A stretch of DNA of 64,000 nt from Neodothiora populina (taxonomy: Eukaryota), in the NCBI RefSeq assembly GCF_041146345.1, contig NW_027191410.1, forward strand, positions 1,302,001-1,366,000, written 5' to 3'. The position numbers were made by a program, and so were the translations under genes. Positions within the stretch are counted from its first letter, which is position 1. Every line of letters begins with the position of its first letter. The notes beneath the pieces are model-generated. The model was not told where the DNA came from. It ran no database searches and saw nothing but the letters and a program-made list of their open reading frames with translations. Positions 61,581 through 64,000 of the stretch are shown in pieces.

Positions 61581-63322
61581 GTTGATCATGTGATTTTCAC
61601 CTCAACTTTAGTGGCAAAGCTACTTCCGCAGTGTATGAAGTATATGACAATATCTTTAAGGTACTTCCCTATCTCACAGCAGTCGCATGACTCACGCTAG
61701 CTATAGTCCCAGCAGCCAAATTTCAAGTAGGTCCATGGCGCAGGGCTAAGTGTGCCCAAATATACATGCTGTAAGTTCGACACTAAAGCGTACTGTAAGA
61801 TGTATACAGAGTACACGTTCAGTCATTTATATCGTCAGCATGTCCTCACCCACTTCACTCTCTTCTTCCCATCACTCGGCTTCTCACCGATCCTAAAAGA
61901 CAATTGCATCATATCTCTAGGTCCCACTAATAACATATTCTGCTGTCCTGATGTTAGTCCATATTCTCGGCCGATTCAAACTAAGAAGGACCACATATAC
62001 AATGCATTCGTCAATGCCGCACGAGGCTCGCTGCCAGAGTCCGGAGCTTTCAGAGAGGAATCTGACCAGTCGATTCGTTCTTAAGTACTGTGCACAGATA
62101 GCTACAAAATTCCCATGGTAGAATCATGCTAGGTGGATCGATCCAGAACTCACATCGACTAGTCTATTCGATGATCGTAACTGCCGGTCTGTACGAAACG
62201 CTCTGCAAAGGCTCTTGACTTACAAGCTGATTCGGCATTTAGATTCGACATCGCACAGGATCTAATCTCACGCGAAGTCATCTTAGATCTCGAGTTTTTA
62301 ATGAGGACAGTCAAAGCTACGTCCTATCATGCAACCACAGAGACGAAGTCGTTCCGCAAAGGATGCATGCAAGTCTTAAGCAACCATAAAGTTATCGAGA
62401 GTCATGGCAACGAACCAGGGTTCACTGAACACAATTCGAATGGAACGATATTGTACGATGTACGTTTTGGACCGTTAAATCTCGATCGCAAAACAGCAGA
62501 CAGCTATCGTGTTCTTAAAGTCGATTAGACGGGATATCCTACATAGAGCCCGAAAATAACAGCTGGGTCCTTCTTACATGATTCTCACCGGCTGCTGAGT
62601 GAGGATGTAAATTCGGCCCTCTCTGCTTTGTTTAATAACACCGTCTATTTCAGTTGAATTAGCGCGACTGAGCTTGTCAAACGGGTAATACTTGTCTCCG
62701 AAAACTCCACTCGGTTAGACAGCATGTACTAAGTATTATGCGGAACCACTAACACTTTATTCGAGACAAGTCTCCATGTGGGCGATGCAGGAAGATACGT
62801 TCGCGCTGTGTCTGTTACTACAGGTGACACTGTCTTAGCGGCGAGTCCAGTGCTAGACATGCGGACGAGTGAAACTCTTAAGAAAACTTGGAATATCGAT
62901 GCTTTCAGCTCACGATGCAAGGAGAATAAGAGCAGGAAAAATGATGACGACAAGCACCAAATCGACAAGGGCCGGGTCGATATCTAAGCTTATGAGATCG
63001 CGGCACTGGCCGAACGATACAACGCGCTTAAGGAAGACTGGTAGAATGTGCAAGTGACCACGCAAAACATCTTGATTGCTGTCGTACTTAGCGGATCTCT
63101 TGCGATGTTCATAATCATTCCGATGCTAATTTGGCAAAATCGTCTCTTTCTTTTAAGATCACTAGTTTACATCCCTTGCGGGACTATACCGAAGTATCGA
63201 GCACAAAATATGACAAAGTAGATCACAGTCCGAATAGTCGATCCGGCGACACCGACTCGGAGAAAGCGCTGGATCGTCGCAGGTCGGAAGAAAGCAACGA
63301 AGACGGCCTAAATACAGTATAG
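61581..63322 (+). pseudogene. Arylsulfotransferase (ASST-domain) pseudogene with C-terminal TM helix
   Basis: Ordered fragments DFHLNFSGKATSAVYE, ATKFPW*NHARW..SLFDD, KGCMQVLSN..GNEPGFTEH..DVRFGP..SYRVLKVD*TGYP, TVYFS*ISATE, RYVRAVSV..VLAASPVLD, then ILIAVVLSGSLAMFIIIPMLIW. Many stops; start approximate. Confidence 0.75.
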
Positions 63323-64000
63323 CAGCGTATGGTGGCCAGTTGAAAACGGATCTTTGACCGGAGGCAGGATTTCATACATCATGAAGACAAATACTAGCAC
63401 AATTAACATTATTGGCGGTTAAAATCTCTAAAGGTTTGAATCTCTAAAGGTTTAACATCGCTTAGCGACAGATGTGGATTATATGAAGGCTTCAGTCTGG
63501 AAGCGCTTTTCGCCAGCAGTACTTTCAGTAACCTGTCCTACTAAAGCTATGACAAGCTACAAGATGCGGAAGTGAACGTGCGAGGGCACATAGCCTAAAG
63601 GCTGACCAGTTTCATTACCCCTTATAGCGGTTCATAATCCATTATGTCCCCTTGTCAATGATCATGCGCTGACTGTCGTTACTGGTTATACTATGGAGGT
63701 CGGTACTTTCGTTATCACGTTTGCCAGTATGTATGGACGCTGTTAAGCTCTCCCGCACAGGGTGATTGACGTGGTTAGTATCGCGCGACTCTTGTCCTTC
63801 AAGCTCTGGCAAGCGATTCATGCCGTTGTACGGTCTGATGCTGGGAATAACAGCGACTTAATTACTATCTGGCTAAGGGACATTTGTTCTTCCAAGCTTG
63901 TTCATTTCGTAACCTCTAGTAGCCGATGAATCGGGGGCAGAGAAGCCTACTCCGTAGCTGTATGCGGAAGCTGCAGTGCTGTTCTGCCTAAACGCGCTAT

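Noticed and set aside
44900..64000. Starship giant transposon
   Set aside because: The cargo-like content is suggestive, but no DUF3435 tyrosine recombinase or element boundary is recognisable in this window.

Overview
Fungal (filamentous ascomycete) genomic DNA with spliceosomal introns. The window has two halves. Bases 1-44.7 kb are gene-dense and mostly intact: the probable 3' end of HIS4/his-3, a transketolase/dihydroxyacetone-synthase-like gene divergent from a Zn2Cys6 factor, an intron-containing tRNA-Val(CAC), an arrestin-like protein, peroxisomal SCP2, a GH31 alpha-glucosidase and a Zn-dependent dehydrogenase. These are followed by a putative amino-acid catabolic group (UstD-like PLP enzyme, ALDH, D-amino-acid oxidase, amino-acid permease), an intact isocyanide synthase-TauD fusion next to a flavin aromatic hydroxylase, a GH20 hexosaminidase with a non-canonical splice donor, an AzgA-like purine permease and a tannase/feruloyl esterase. 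From about 44.9 kb to the end I found no intact gene, only pseudogenes (Mx-like dynamin, possible BTB, coiled-coil protein, GT25, alpha/beta hydrolase, ART-like protein, possible GT32, arylsulfotransferase) with mostly transition-type stops, plus a LINE 3' remnant and two inverted 198-bp LTRs. The best candidate for an undescribed system is the ICS-TauD plus flavin monooxygenase pair, which resembles a compact fungal analogue of bacterial pvcABCD. All family assignments come from motif recognition by eye; no database search was run.
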